A stretch of 63,818 nucleotides of DNA, counting the filler, from Licmophora abbreviata (Eukaryota): the NCBI GenBank assembly GCA_900291995.1. It is 4 parts of 4 records of this genome, joined end to end, with 100 filler letters (N's around TTAATTAATTAA, not from the genome) between each part and the next. Parts side by side here need not be neighbours in the genome. Positions count along the whole stretch, not along the records: positions 28,589 to 44,672 come from OLMU01000386.1; 3 more parts are not named here. The stretch is one strand, 5' to 3'. Positions 33,889 to 44,772 of the stretch are shown here, one piece after another. The notes below the pieces were generated by a model. It was not told the origin of the DNA and did no database searches. It worked only from the letters and a program-made list of their open reading frames with translations. Position 1 is the first letter of the stretch; the number at the start of each line of letters is the position of its first letter. Position numbers and translations under genes: made by a program.

Positions 33889-35973
33889 ATGTCGAGCAGA
33901 ACTGTGCTGGATGAGCCTCCCCAGCTGGTCCGGACACCCATGAACTTCTCGTCTGCTAAGAAGCAGGAGGCGGAAGGAGTTGTAACCGCCCATGTGCCGC
34001 TGCACACTCATGACTCGCTGAGTTTGACCCGCCTGGCTCTGCGTGACCTCACGGTCCGGACACTGCCTGGAAGCCTCCGAATTTGGATGGTGACTGTTGG
34101 TATAGCTGCCTTCTTTGATTTTGCTGCTACCGTTCTCGTGGAGTTCTTGCCGGAAGAGGAAAACATTGAGGTCGTGGCACGTCGACTCTTCTTTTTCCCT
34201 AGAAGGAAGCAAGAAATTGAGCTGTTGGAAGAACATTGGTTTGTGGTCCTTCTGCGGTGGCTTGATGAACGGTCTGTTCTGATCGGTATTCTGTTCTCAA
34301 TACTATGGTTTACCGATGCCTTTGTTAAGGCGAGTTGGAGAAGAGACGAGCGTCTGAGAGAACTCGACAGAGTGCGTTGCTTGGGGCGCACCAACACGTC
34401 AAAAGAAGACGCCGAAGATGCAGAGTGGAAAGGAGCATGGGGGCCCTACTACCTCACCATAGCGATTCAACTTGTACTCCTACCAGTCGGCTTCTTTTTA
34501 CTCGCATGGCATGTGTTTCGCGTAGTCGCAGGAGATGCAAGCGAAGAGGATGACGAAGAGATTGATATTGTATTTGTAGATGAAGAGGGGCACGTCGAAG
34601 AAGAGCATATATTCACAACGCGCTCAACTGTGAGCCTCTGCTTTGCACTATTGCAGTACTCAGCCGCGAGTTTACTGAGAGTGACGGGGACCAAACTGAA
34701 GGCTAGGATGCATGCCATAAAGTTCAAGACCATCCGACGGTTGCTAGGTTCTGCGGTTCGTCATCCGCGTGAGTTTCGGCGTCGCGTGCTGCGTCTATTG
34801 GTGTTTGTACGTTGGTTCAAGTATCTTGCTCCGCTGCTGGGAGCATGTAACAAGTTATTCGGAAACTCCATGGACTTGCTCAAGAAGTACCGTCAAACGC
34901 GCTTGGCTGAGAAAGCTCGACACGCCCGAAGACTGCTTTGGAAGAAACTGACTCCACAGGAGCTGCGAGAGGCTGCCGCCATTGTGATCCAATCTCAATG
35001 GAGGGCACATCGATCCAGGAAATTAGCCAGGCTCCTAAGAATTATGCGGGGCGAAAGAGACGCGTTGGCCGCGACAAGAGTACAGCGAGTCGCACGCGGG
35101 ATGCTTTCTCGCGCACGGGCACGACTTTTGAGAAAGAAACGAGAACTCAGCCGACTACATCAGCAGAGAAAGACGGAGACAACACCCTTATCTCGGAAAG
35201 ATCGTCGGAGAATGTACAAGCTGCAGGAAGAGCTCAGCCTAGAGGCAACTGACTTGGTGAATCGGAAGTTATTGTTACGGCCCAACACGCGGTTTGCCGT
35301 CACATGGAAAGTGCTGTTTGTTATCTGTATCATAATTGAGATATCTCAACTCGCCTGGAAACCTGCTTTGAGCAAGTACCGTGATGAGGTTACAAAAGAA
35401 CCGCTGGGTCTTGGCAGAATTCTAGAACAGAAACTGGTGCCGACTCCACTGTCGGAGTTAAAGGAATGTGAGGCCTGGTTGAACAAGGTCCCTCGTGAGA
35501 AGCTTGGTCGACGTGAAAAGAGAAATGCACGCAAGAGAAAAGAGAGCGCCGAGTCACGGCCTTGGTACTGTCAAGAGCCGTACGTGACCTCTCAATGGGC
35601 CTTCAGCGAGTCCCTGCGCTTTCTTCTTACTGAGACTCTCGTTGTTGTTGGAATTGTTTGCTACCTGGATGTATTCGTTACGTTCTTCACTGGCGAGATC
35701 AATTCAGATACTGGCACGTTGGCTCCGAAGCCCTTCTTCACTCGATGGATTCTTCCTGGCATGATCCTTCAGATGCTCGTCAACCCACAGATGGAAACTA
35801 CAAGTCACTACCTCGGTGTTCTCATGGGAAGAATAGGCGATCTTGGGCCTGTTCGCGTATGGAGATGGTCGGCCGCACTATTCTTTCCCTTATTTCATCT
35901 CACTGTGTTTTGCATTGAACAGTATATCTGGATGCCCTTAGTCTACAAGCAGAACACGGCGCTTCAACGATAA
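33889..35973 (+). CDS. Multi-pass membrane protein with two IQ motifs and a partial ion-channel-like TM region
   Basis: IQSQWRAHRSRK and VQRVARGMLSR IQ motifs; LRPNTRFAVTWK and YLDVFVTFFTG segments. Intronless 694-aa ORF. Confidence 0.72.
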   Translation: MSSRTVLDEPPQLVRTPMNFSSAKKQEAEGVVTAHVPLHTHDSLSLTRLALRDLTVRTLPGSLRIWMVTVGIAAFFDFAATVLVEFLPEEENIEVVARRLFFFPRRKQEIELLEEHWFVVLLRWLDERSVLIGILFSILWFTDAFVKASWRRDERLRELDRVRCLGRTNTSKEDAEDAEWKGAWGPYYLTIAIQLVLLPVGFFLLAWHVFRVVAGDASEEDDEEIDIVFVDEEGHVEEEHIFTTRSTVSLCFALLQYSAASLLRVTGTKLKARMHAIKFKTIRRLLGSAVRHPREFRRRVLRLLVFVRWFKYLAPLLGACNKLFGNSMDLLKKYRQTRLAEKARHARRLLWKKLTPQELREAAAIVIQSQWRAHRSRKLARLLRIMRGERDALAATRVQRVARGMLSRARARLLRKKRELSRLHQQRKTETTPLSRKDRRRMYKLQEELSLEATDLVNRKLLLRPNTRFAVTWKVLFVICIIIEISQLAWKPALSKYRDEVTKEPLGLGRILEQKLVPTPLSELKECEAWLNKVPREKLGRREKRNARKRKESAESRPWYCQEPYVTSQWAFSESLRFLLTETLVVVGIVCYLDVFVTFFTGEINSDTGTLAPKPFFTRWILPGMILQMLVNPQMETTSHYLGVLMGRIGDLGPVRVWRWSAALFFPLFHLTVFCIEQYIWMPLVYKQNTALQR

Positions 35974-36432
35974 CTGACCTTCTATTTGGAAGAAGACCCT
36001 TTAACTTAGCTTTGTTGGTCAACGAAGGGCAGCATCCTGTGAACTTCACGGACAACGAGGATACCAGTACCAGGTACCGGTAACGATAGGCCAAATCACG
36101 TCGTCGAATAAGTCATTTGAGTCGATGGAGTCGTTGAATGTCGTCGCCAAACAGCAACACAAAAAACAAAAAAAAACTGTGTTCATCTCGATGCACGATC
36201 ACAGAAACAAAGTCAACCATTGACAGTGTCTTGTGAGCATATCTGTCGTCTTTTCACAGTACACTGAGGCTTAGAAGAAAACGAGGTACGTAGAGTCCTT
36301 GCTTAGCGATCGCTTTTGCCGAAAGAGGAAAAGAAAAAAGCAAGAGCTTGGGCAGAACCTGGACCCTGGCGCCATCAGATCAAAGCACGACCCAAACCCT
36401 GACTGGCACGTTGTCGGCTTTTTTCACAGACG

Positions 36433-37116
36433 ATGAAACGAATCTTTGGAAAGACAAAAGCTGAGGCGCCCGCACCGAGCTTGGACGATGCTTCTTCCGG
36501 TTTGGGATCTCGAATTGGAACAATGGACGGAAAAATTGACCAGTGTGAAAAAGAGCTCAAAGGGTACAAGGACCGCATCAAAAAGGCCAAGAGCCCGGCC
36601 GCGAAGAAGACATTGCAGAAGCGCGCCCTCGAAATTCTGAAACGCAAGCGAATGTATGAGCAACAACGAGATGCGGTAGCGGGACAGCAATTTAACATTG
36701 ATCAGGCATCATTCGGACTTGAATCAGCCAAGGCGAGCGTCACGACAGTGGCGGCAATGAAGGCTGCCAACAAAGATCTGAAGCGGACGCTCAAGAAGGA
36801 CCTCGACATTGACGGCATTGATGACCTCGTAGACGATATGGCAGATCTGATGGACGACTTCAATGAGATCAATGAAGCGCTCGGAAGAAACTTTGCTACA
36901 CCGGAAGATCTGGATGAAGCGGATCTGGATGCTGAGCTTGAACTCTTGGAAGATGAACTCGGCGAAGAGCTAGACGAGCTGGAAGCGGATGCCACTCCGA
37001 GCTATTTACAAGCTGGAAAGATGCCTCAGCAGCCGACGGCTCTGCCAGGAATGTCATCTGCTCCCGAGGAAGTGGATGAGTTTGGTCTCCCAGCTGTTCC
37101 TGCGCATACCGGCTAG
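36433..37116 (+). CDS. VPS60: ESCRT-III subunit Vps60/CHMP5
   Basis: MKRIFGK, KRALEILKRKRMYEQQRD..QQFNIDQ, TVAAMK, EINEALGR..PEDLDEADLDAEL, DEFGLP. Confidence 0.93.
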   Translation: MKRIFGKTKAEAPAPSLDDASSGLGSRIGTMDGKIDQCEKELKGYKDRIKKAKSPAAKKTLQKRALEILKRKRMYEQQRDAVAGQQFNIDQASFGLESAKASVTTVAAMKAANKDLKRTLKKDLDIDGIDDLVDDMADLMDDFNEINEALGRNFATPEDLDEADLDAELELLEDELGEELDELEADATPSYLQAGKMPQQPTALPGMSSAPEEVDEFGLPAVPAHTG

Positions 37117-37225
37117 ATACAGCGGACGACAGATCCTTGCTGTACCCTCTTTCTCTCTAGAATGTCTTTCTACGCCGTGTCAAACACAGATTTTCTTTAC
37201 TCGAATTAAAGCTGGCGTAGGCTTT

Positions 37226-40195
37226 CTACTGCTCCATATTCCTGGAAATCACACGACGCTGTTCGTCCAATAGATATCCTGCTTCGAGAAAGGCTTCCCC
37301 CTTGCAAAACTCAGAAACATCGTAGATCCGACGCTCTCGTGCTCGACCCTCCAGCTCATCCAGAGGCACTTCCAGTGCATCCAATTCGGCGTCATTTTGT
37401 CCCCTCTGACGGAGTCGAATGACTTGATACATTTGCTCGTTTCGAAACATTTCGTGAAGAATGTGAAGCAGCAGGTGCTCCCGATCCTCGCCGCTCGTGA
37501 TGAACTTGGCGAAGCTCTTTCGCAGCGTTCGACGGACACTAAACTTCTGGGCCGAAATGAACGACTCAAGCATCATGCGAATACTGGCATCCATATCATC
37601 GTCACGAACGTAGTCACGCAAGTGCATCTTGGCGTGTGCTTCAGCCATGCGCATTATGGATTCCACGTGACGGACGGCAATTGGAACACCTCCAGAAGCT
37701 GCCGATTCCTTGCGGAGCGCCACGTACAGCGAAGCAATCTTTTCCTGGTCAAACGTGTTACCTCGCAGCACGGGACGAACATTGGTACGAGCGTACTGCA
37801 TGTACTTGCGCAGCAGGTCTTGGGGGATCAGTCCGGGGCGGTCGAAGCCAGCCGCCTCGGGGACTTCGTGACCTCGAGCAATCTCGTTGGTTGGGACACT
37901 GCGCATGTGGCTTCCTGTGACAAACTTGGCGAGGCGTTCGTCGGCGATAGGATCTACCGTGTCTTGGAGAACGCATAGCACATCGAAGCGCTGTAGGATA
38001 GGGTCCGTCAATTCGACGTTTTCGGCAAAGGTGTTGGAGCTATCGTAGCGCCCACCGATGGGATTCGCCGCGGCAATCACAGAGCAACGGGCCTGCAGAG
38101 AGGTCACAATACCAGCCTTGGAAACGGAGATGCTCTGCTGTTCCATGGCTTCGTGGATCGAGGTGCGATCCTGCTCGTTCATTTTGTCGAACTCATCAAT
38201 CAGGCAACAGCCAGAGTCTGCAAGGACGAGAGCACCGCCCTCCAAGGTCCACTGCTTGGTGATAGGGTCCTTGTGCACACTTGCGGTGAGGCCCACAGCG
38301 CTTGCCCCCTTGCCCGTGCTGTAGACCGCACGCGGCGCAGTCTTTTCTGCGTACTTGAGAAGCTGACTCTTGGCAGTACCGGGATCTCCAAGCAAAAGTA
38401 AATTGACGTCTCCACGAATGCGATGCTTGTCATTGATGTTTTTGGGGACGCCGCCAAACAGACTCATTGCCAGTGCCATCTTGCAAAAGTCATGGCCATA
38501 GATACTAGGTGCAAGACTCTGCACGATACGTTCACCAATCTTTGGGTCGCGACTGAGCTCGAGGATCTCTGCAACATCGCGCTCAGACAGATTCGAGGCA
38601 CTTGAAGCATCCTCGCGCTTGCGAACGTGATTGGCTGTGAGGAACGTGCTGAAAACCGGAAATCCCGACTTGAGGGTCAAGGATGAATCATACGAATGCT
38701 CGTAGATTCCCGTCACTTCGACTTCTTCTCCAGGGCGGGCAATGTCAATCAGGTCATTCATCAGCAAGACTTCCTTGGTACGAGGAACGCGTCCGGGAGG
38801 GACAGAACCGGGCGTTTCCTGCAAATTGACTCGCTGAAAGTTGCGGTACTGTGAAAGTGTCGGGTGCAACTTGAACGTATTCCCATTCTCACAAAAATGA
38901 CAGGAGTCGGGAGTAAAGGACTGGGCGTCTCCCTCGACGCGAAAGGGCCCTTGCGTGCGCTTGCAGGAAAGACACATGTAGTGAGCCATTACAAGCTGCG
39001 GGTAGACGGATGACCTTCGTGTGACGACGCCGTGGACCTTGACGAGACAGTCCAAGTGAGAGCGACGAAGGTCGCGAAGGGAGTCCAGGATGGGCACATC
39101 CGTGATCCGAACATGGATCTCGTTCTGAATGGCGTTGTAGGAAGGAAAGAGCATGAGCGTGTGGCGCGTCGCAGCCTCATTCAAGACGTCCAGCATGTCG
39201 CGCGGAGCGTCAGCTACCCAGAAGGCCAAGACGGGTTCAGCGTCCATGAGATGCATGTAGGAGACTTGAAGGGTAGACAAGTTTGACGAGCACATGGTAC
39301 GAATTTTCTGTTCGTAAACTCCATTCCCTCGTCGACGTCGCATTGTCTCCTCTTGATCGGGGATGAAGTTTTTGAGAAAGATACGAAACTTTCGTTGAAT
39401 TTCACGACGAGTGCGGTCTTGCGCGATCCACTCGCGTAGCGGAACGTCGAAGGCTTCGAGATTGACTTGGTCCTCGGCATCCAAGTCCGCGTCCGAATCT
39501 TCGTCCTCTTCCTCCTCGGCTTCTTCTGGTCGCGTACCAAAAATCCCACGACGAGCCTGGCGCGCTTCATCGTCTTCCTCTTCCTCCATCACATCCAACG
39601 CTAGACCATAGAGACCGGCATTGCGACCACCCCGACGATCCTCCCTATCCTGACGAAGCAGTTCGGCTTCAGCTGCACGCCGTTGATCGATATCCATGGC
39701 CGCGTACTCTCGATCGTCGAGTCCCTCTGTGCCATACGTATCGAGCGCTTCAATGCGCTGGTAATCCTTCTCGGCATTGTCCAGCAAGTCTTCTCCGTCC
39801 TCTTCTTCCTCGTACAGAATATCGGCGTCAGGGTTGTCTTCTTCGTCGTCGACATCGTCGTCGGAATTTTGGTTCGGGTCGTCGATGCGGACCGTATCTG
39901 CCGCATTGTAGTTTTCGTCTCCGGGGAAGACTGTCGTACTGGTGGGCTCTGGAGCATCACGACGACGACGGCGTTGCTGCTCTTCTTCGCGCCGTTCCCT
40001 TGCACGACGACGTTCGGAAGCCAGACGAGCCAGACGAGCGGCCCGGTCGTCGTTGTTAGGGTGGAGATTTTCAGCGTCATTGCTCGAAGTGATGCTCTGC
40101 TGGGCGTCGTCGTCCTCGTCGTCGTCCATCGCTATGCGACGGCGCTTTGAATGAGATTCCTTTTCTTGCTCATGAGCTTGGGCGTCGTCTGACAT
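37226..40195 (-). CDS. MCM2: DNA replication licensing factor MCM2
   Basis: Acidic N-terminus with EEEEDGEDL..DY..LDTY, LQETPGSVPPGRVPR, LLGDPGTAKSQ, WTLEGGALVLAD, IDEFDKM, AAANPIGGRY. Intronless. Confidence 0.97.
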   Translation of the reverse strand: MSDDAQAHEQEKESHSKRRRIAMDDDEDDDAQQSITSSNDAENLHPNNDDRAARLARLASERRRARERREEEQQRRRRRDAPEPTSTTVFPGDENYNAADTVRIDDPNQNSDDDVDDEEDNPDADILYEEEEDGEDLLDNAEKDYQRIEALDTYGTEGLDDREYAAMDIDQRRAAEAELLRQDREDRRGGRNAGLYGLALDVMEEEEDDEARQARRGIFGTRPEEAEEEEDEDSDADLDAEDQVNLEAFDVPLREWIAQDRTRREIQRKFRIFLKNFIPDQEETMRRRRGNGVYEQKIRTMCSSNLSTLQVSYMHLMDAEPVLAFWVADAPRDMLDVLNEAATRHTLMLFPSYNAIQNEIHVRITDVPILDSLRDLRRSHLDCLVKVHGVVTRRSSVYPQLVMAHYMCLSCKRTQGPFRVEGDAQSFTPDSCHFCENGNTFKLHPTLSQYRNFQRVNLQETPGSVPPGRVPRTKEVLLMNDLIDIARPGEEVEVTGIYEHSYDSSLTLKSGFPVFSTFLTANHVRKREDASSASNLSERDVAEILELSRDPKIGERIVQSLAPSIYGHDFCKMALAMSLFGGVPKNINDKHRIRGDVNLLLLGDPGTAKSQLLKYAEKTAPRAVYSTGKGASAVGLTASVHKDPITKQWTLEGGALVLADSGCCLIDEFDKMNEQDRTSIHEAMEQQSISVSKAGIVTSLQARCSVIAAANPIGGRYDSSNTFAENVELTDPILQRFDVLCVLQDTVDPIADERLAKFVTGSHMRSVPTNEIARGHEVPEAAGFDRPGLIPQDLLRKYMQYARTNVRPVLRGNTFDQEKIASLYVALRKESAASGGVPIAVRHVESIMRMAEAHAKMHLRDYVRDDDMDASIRMMLESFISAQKFSVRRTLRKSFAKFITSGEDREHLLLHILHEMFRNEQMYQVIRLRQRGQNDAELDALEVPLDELEGRARERRIYDVSEFCKGEAFLEAGYLLDEQRRVISRNMEQ

Positions 40196-40591
40196 GGTGG
40201 GATAAAGCAGAGGAGACAAGAATGGCTATGATTGTGTCAAGCTGTGACAGTAGGCGCCTGCCGCAACGTTATGATGTGCTGATGAAAGGAAACTGCTGTG
40301 TGCTTCCAAAACACAATGGCATGCGAGGCGCGCGCTCTTCGAAGGAATCAAAAAAGATGGCGCGCCAAATTTCGCCCCAAACGGTCGAAGACTAGAAGTA
40401 GAATCGACCAAAATGTTATGTAAAAAACATAAAAACTTTTTTCATCCAAACTTGAAGATGACTCCGAGAACCAGAAAGGTCATCAGAAACGAGAAACCAG
40501 AACTCTCTGATGCTCACAAACTGTCTGTGGTGAGCGCAGGAGGACCTTGTTGCTTGTCAACAAGAGATTTCTCATCCTTGTCGCTTGAACC

Positions 40592-41530
40592 ATGCCTCGG
40601 TCATGGATATGTTTTTCTATAATAGTCTCGGTTTCAGCAGTTGGAGTGCTGGCAATGCTTGCCTGTTGGCCGCCACAGTGGCACCAGACCAATGGTCAAC
40701 GCAGTCCGACATCTGCTCGTCGTCGTGCACGACTTCGCTACTCCTCGCGCCCACTCGACCCGGCCACTGTCGCTGAAAAGGAAATGGCGTCCATCCCTGA
40801 AAACACCCCTCCCATGCTACAGTTCATTCATATCACGAAAACTGGCGGCACCATGACCGAACGACAAGCTGCGAGCCGAGGCATAGCCTTTGGCGCCTGC
40901 CACTACTATGCCTTCCCTCAGTGCAATCCCAACATACCACCTGACTGGAGTCCAACACCTTTAACAAAAATTCCTTTTCAGGATCGCCCCTTTGCCGCAG
41001 AACCATGGCATACTCCACCCCACTGGTTTCAAGTCAATCCCATTCCAGCGTCGTCTCACACGTTCACAATCGTCCGAGATCCCTACGCCCGTTACATATC
41101 CGAATATCACTGCGCGGCGTTTGGATACAAGGGTGAGGATTGGAATGATGCAGCAGTTATGAACCAATGGATCATTCAGACCATCCATGACATGCAGTAT
41201 GTCTCGCAGCGTGGTCACATGCTACCACAGCATTACTTTGTTTACAATACCGAAGGTGGAGGCGAGCGACTGATAACGCACGTGCTCAAGTACGAAGATG
41301 ACTTGCGAGCAACGTTTGCATCACTCCTCTACCAATATCAACTTAACTTGTATCTACCGAAACCACGGCCATGGCAAAAATCCAAGTCACTAACGAGACG
41401 TGACTTGACGGACGAGGCGATTCAGAGCATCAATCAGTATGCGGCAAAGGACTTTGAGTTGCTTGGCTACGACATGGTGCAAACAGCCAGTCAATTTCCC
41501 GAAGAAGGCCCGGAGAATCTTGTATCATGA
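40592..41530 (+). CDS. Type II membrane sulfotransferase (Sulfotransfer_2-like)
   Basis: N-terminal TM anchor; 5'-PSB FIHITKTGGT; 3'-PB FTIVRDPYARYISEY; GHMLPQ; YAAKDFELLGY. Confidence 0.85.
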   Translation: MPRSWICFSIIVSVSAVGVLAMLACWPPQWHQTNGQRSPTSARRRARLRYSSRPLDPATVAEKEMASIPENTPPMLQFIHITKTGGTMTERQAASRGIAFGACHYYAFPQCNPNIPPDWSPTPLTKIPFQDRPFAAEPWHTPPHWFQVNPIPASSHTFTIVRDPYARYISEYHCAAFGYKGEDWNDAAVMNQWIIQTIHDMQYVSQRGHMLPQHYFVYNTEGGGERLITHVLKYEDDLRATFASLLYQYQLNLYLPKPRPWQKSKSLTRRDLTDEAIQSINQYAAKDFELLGYDMVQTASQFPEEGPENLVS

Positions 41531-41814
41531 GAGAAGTTTCACAGAACTAGTGGTTTGTAACATAGAGTAGAGTCTGTCTCGTCCTGGTGTGGTCTAGCGT
41601 TGCAATCTATAGACCGGCCAATAACTCAACCCACGAGGTCCACGTCCGCGTTACGAGCTCTTTGTCTGTATCTTTTTTCTTTTTTAGTTTTGGGACACAC
41701 GCGTTTTGCTTTACAAGAATGACCTCACGTAGAACCTGTACTTCATGTAACGTACAAGCGGGTGCTGCTATCGCATAGTCTACCCGTACACGAGCCACCA
41801 AAGTTCCCGTGACC

Positions 41815-43782
41815 ATGGCGGTGATTCCTCGTTGGCTCCCTTGCGCCGCTGCGGCGGCGTTTCTGCTCGTGCTCGAGACAGCAGAAGCCTTCTATGTGCC
41901 CGGTGTCCAGCCGATGACGTTCGAACCAGGTGATGAAGTGCCAATGAAAGTGAACTCAATGACGTCCATCCACACGCAAATCCCTAAGGGCTACTACAAA
42001 ATGCCTTTTTGCCAGCCCGAAGGAGGACCGAAGATGGCTTCCGAGAATCTTGGTGAATTCCTCACTGGAAATAAAATCCAGAATTCTCCATACACGATCA
42101 ACATGTTGACGGAAGCCTACTGCGTCAAGCTCTGTCAGATTACGCTCTCAAAGCTCGAATCGGCCAAGCTCCGTCTTCATATCAAGTCCGGATACCACAA
42201 CAATTGGATCATTGACAACTTGCCCTCGGCCGCTGTGGGACTCACGGCATCTGGAGACAAGCAGAAGCACTACGCGGGTGGATTCCCCGTTGGATTCATC
42301 GCGTCCGACACCAAGGAAGCCTACATCTACAACCACGTCAACATCGCCGTCGACTACCATCAGCGCGACCCGGACGTTCAAGGATACCGCGTCGTCGGAT
42401 TCTCCGTCGAACCCATGAGTATTCGTCATGAGTTTCAGGGTGATTACGACTGGGATGGATTTTCTAGTGACGGGTACACCAAGACGCTTGATACCTGCCC
42501 CTCTCAGGGGACTCACATGGAGCGAACCCTGATCCGAGCCAATCAGATCGTGAAGGCCGGAGAGAAGATTCTCTACACCTACGATGTCACCTGGCATAAC
42601 AGCGAGGTGCCCTGGGCGTCTCGCTGGGATGTTTACCTTACTGAAGATCACCTCGTGCCTGCTCAGGTTCACTGGTACTCCATCACGAACTCCATCCTTG
42701 TCGTCCTCTTCCTCTCCTTGCTTGTTGTCTCGATTCTTGTCCGCAACTTGCGTCGCGACATTGCTGGCTACAACGCCATCGCCGCACTTGCTGACGAAGA
42801 GAAGGATGAAGACGTGGACGAAACGGGGTGGAAGCTGGTACATGCCGACGTCTTCCGCCCTCCGTCCACCATGCCCATGGTCTACTGCGTGTTCTGTGGT
42901 ACCGGAGTCCAACTTGGCCTGACAACGCTCTTGGCCATCGTCTTCTCGGCAGTTGGCTTCTTGTCTCCGGCCCGCCGAGGCTCTCTCATGACGTCGACTC
43001 TCGTCTTTTACATGATCTGCGGACTCGTCGCTGGATACGTCAGTAGCCGTCTCTACAAGGCTTTTCGTGGACGCCAGTGGCAGCTTTGTACTATGTTTAC
43101 TGCCATGCTCTTCCCAGGAACATGCTTCAGTCTCTTTCTGTTCTTCAACATCATCCTCTTCTTCTTCAAGAGCTCTGCATCCGTTCCACTATTGGATGTC
43201 ATCATCGTTGCGGCCATGTGGTGCTGTGTGTCCATTCCCTTGGTCTTTTTGGGGGCCTACTTTGGATACAAGGCGGAAGCCATATCTTTCCCTACGGTCA
43301 CGTCCACCATTGCGCGGGCCATCCCTCCTCCTCCGCCGCTCTTGAAACCCTGGGTGGGAATGACGGTCACGGGCATTGTTCCATTTGCCGCTGCTTACGT
43401 CGAACTCTTTTTCATCATGACGAGCTTGTGGATGGATCAGTTCTACTACGTGTTTGGCTTCACGCTTATCGTATACCTGATTCTCCTTATTACATGTGCT
43501 GAAGTCACGGTACTGCTGGTGTACTACCAGTTGTGTGCGGAAAATCATCGCTGGTGGTGGTATTCTTTCTTTACGTCTGGAAGCACGGCAATTTACACGT
43601 TCGTCTACAGTTTCTTCTGGTTCCGTACATTGGAGGCGTCCAAAATGCTTATGACGTACATGCTTTACTTTGGATACATGTTCTTGATGTGTGCTTCCAT
43701 TTGGCTTGTGACTGGAACAATGGGTGCGATGGTGTCGCTGTGGTTTGTGCGCAAGATCTTCTCGACCATCAAGGTGGACTAA
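41815..43782 (+). CDS. Transmembrane 9 superfamily / EMP70 protein
   Basis: AFYVPG, ENLGEFLTG, WASRWDVYL, VHWYSITNS, ETGWKLVHADVFRPP, C-terminal KIFSTIKVD. Confidence 0.96.
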   Translation: MAVIPRWLPCAAAAAFLLVLETAEAFYVPGVQPMTFEPGDEVPMKVNSMTSIHTQIPKGYYKMPFCQPEGGPKMASENLGEFLTGNKIQNSPYTINMLTEAYCVKLCQITLSKLESAKLRLHIKSGYHNNWIIDNLPSAAVGLTASGDKQKHYAGGFPVGFIASDTKEAYIYNHVNIAVDYHQRDPDVQGYRVVGFSVEPMSIRHEFQGDYDWDGFSSDGYTKTLDTCPSQGTHMERTLIRANQIVKAGEKILYTYDVTWHNSEVPWASRWDVYLTEDHLVPAQVHWYSITNSILVVLFLSLLVVSILVRNLRRDIAGYNAIAALADEEKDEDVDETGWKLVHADVFRPPSTMPMVYCVFCGTGVQLGLTTLLAIVFSAVGFLSPARRGSLMTSTLVFYMICGLVAGYVSSRLYKAFRGRQWQLCTMFTAMLFPGTCFSLFLFFNIILFFFKSSASVPLLDVIIVAAMWCCVSIPLVFLGAYFGYKAEAISFPTVTSTIARAIPPPPPLLKPWVGMTVTGIVPFAAAYVELFFIMTSLWMDQFYYVFGFTLIVYLILLITCAEVTVLLVYYQLCAENHRWWWYSFFTSGSTAIYTFVYSFFWFRTLEASKMLMTYMLYFGYMFLMCASIWLVTGTMGAMVSLWFVRKIFSTIKVD

Positions 43783-44285
43783 GCACAAAAGTGAAAACGT
43801 AGCGCACCAGTCCACCATGTTAGCAAGAACTTTATTCTACGGCCTGTTCATTTCAGTATGATATACCAGTTGCAAATGGCTCTACTTACGGTCGAACTGT
43901 ACTACGAACCACCTCGTAACAGATAGAATGTCTCTCCAGGGCGGAATTCAATAAGCGAAACAGTGAAGTGAATTGTACCGTGTTCGGTGCCACGCGTCTA
44001 TGAAAAAGAGTACCTTTTCGAGCCAGCACGTTTTGTGCTATGCAATTCATATACCTTCATGACGGTATATGAACATTAGTATTGTCCTTTGTTGACAGCG
44101 CAGTAGACATTCTTCCATAAGTAAGGTTTACGCCCCAGGGATTTGCTTATGAAGTTCTCTAATGACTGTTTAGAATGAATGTCCAACCGAAAACCGTCGT
44201 TTGCGCGCTGTCGTCAGCAACAGAGAAGCGAAGAATTCTCGTGTCTCGCCCATTCCGATCGGAACAAAACTATTCATACATCACC

Positions 44286-44615
44286 ATGGAACGAATCCCT
44301 TCCTCGTCGTCTATCACCAGGCTCCGCTCGGCCTCTCTCAGTGAAGAGCCCACCAAGGAGTCAATGTTACGGGGCGGAAAGGCTCGTTCGCGTTCGATAT
44401 CCATCGATGAAGAGCGAGAAGCAGTCACGAGTTCACCCTCTCGCAGACATGCGACACGGAACCCTGTCGTGTCTGCCATGCTGAGCTCCAACATGATGAA
44501 AGATTGTCACCAGGTTCGAGACATGTATCTCCAATGCATGGACAGCAAGTCTAATTCCAGCATCTGCACCACGGCACAGCACTACTTTGCATCGTGCGCG
44601 AAAGGAGGCGAGTAA
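44286..44615 (+). CDS. Small twin-CX9C (CHCH-like) protein
   Basis: C-terminal C-HQVRDMYLQ-C and C-TTAQHYFAS-C after a Ser/Arg-rich disordered region. Good Kozak-like accATGg context. Confidence 0.6.
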   Translation: MERIPSSSSITRLRSASLSEEPTKESMLRGGKARSRSISIDEEREAVTSSPSRRHATRNPVVSAMLSSNMMKDCHQVRDMYLQCMDSKSNSSICTTAQHYFASCAKGGE

Positions 44616-44672
44616 TCGGGAGATTCTGTCTTGGGAATCAGCAAATGAGGAATGAGGAAACCCGCCTTGATT

Positions 44673-44772
44673 NNNNNNNNNNNNNNNNNNNNNNNNNNNN
44701 NNNNNNNNNNNNNNNNTTAATTAATTAANNNNNNNNNNNNNNNNNNNNNNNNNNNNNNNNNNNNNNNNNNNN
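44673..44772. other. Scaffold gap with TTAATTAATTAA linker (artificial)
   Basis: Same 100-nt cassette. Confidence 0.97.

Noticed and set aside
42148..43818. Long antisense ORFs over TM9SF (also over eIF4A at 49119-49805 and over MCM2)
   Set aside because: They mirror conserved sense genes with strong codon bias and have no recognisable motifs; shadow ORFs.
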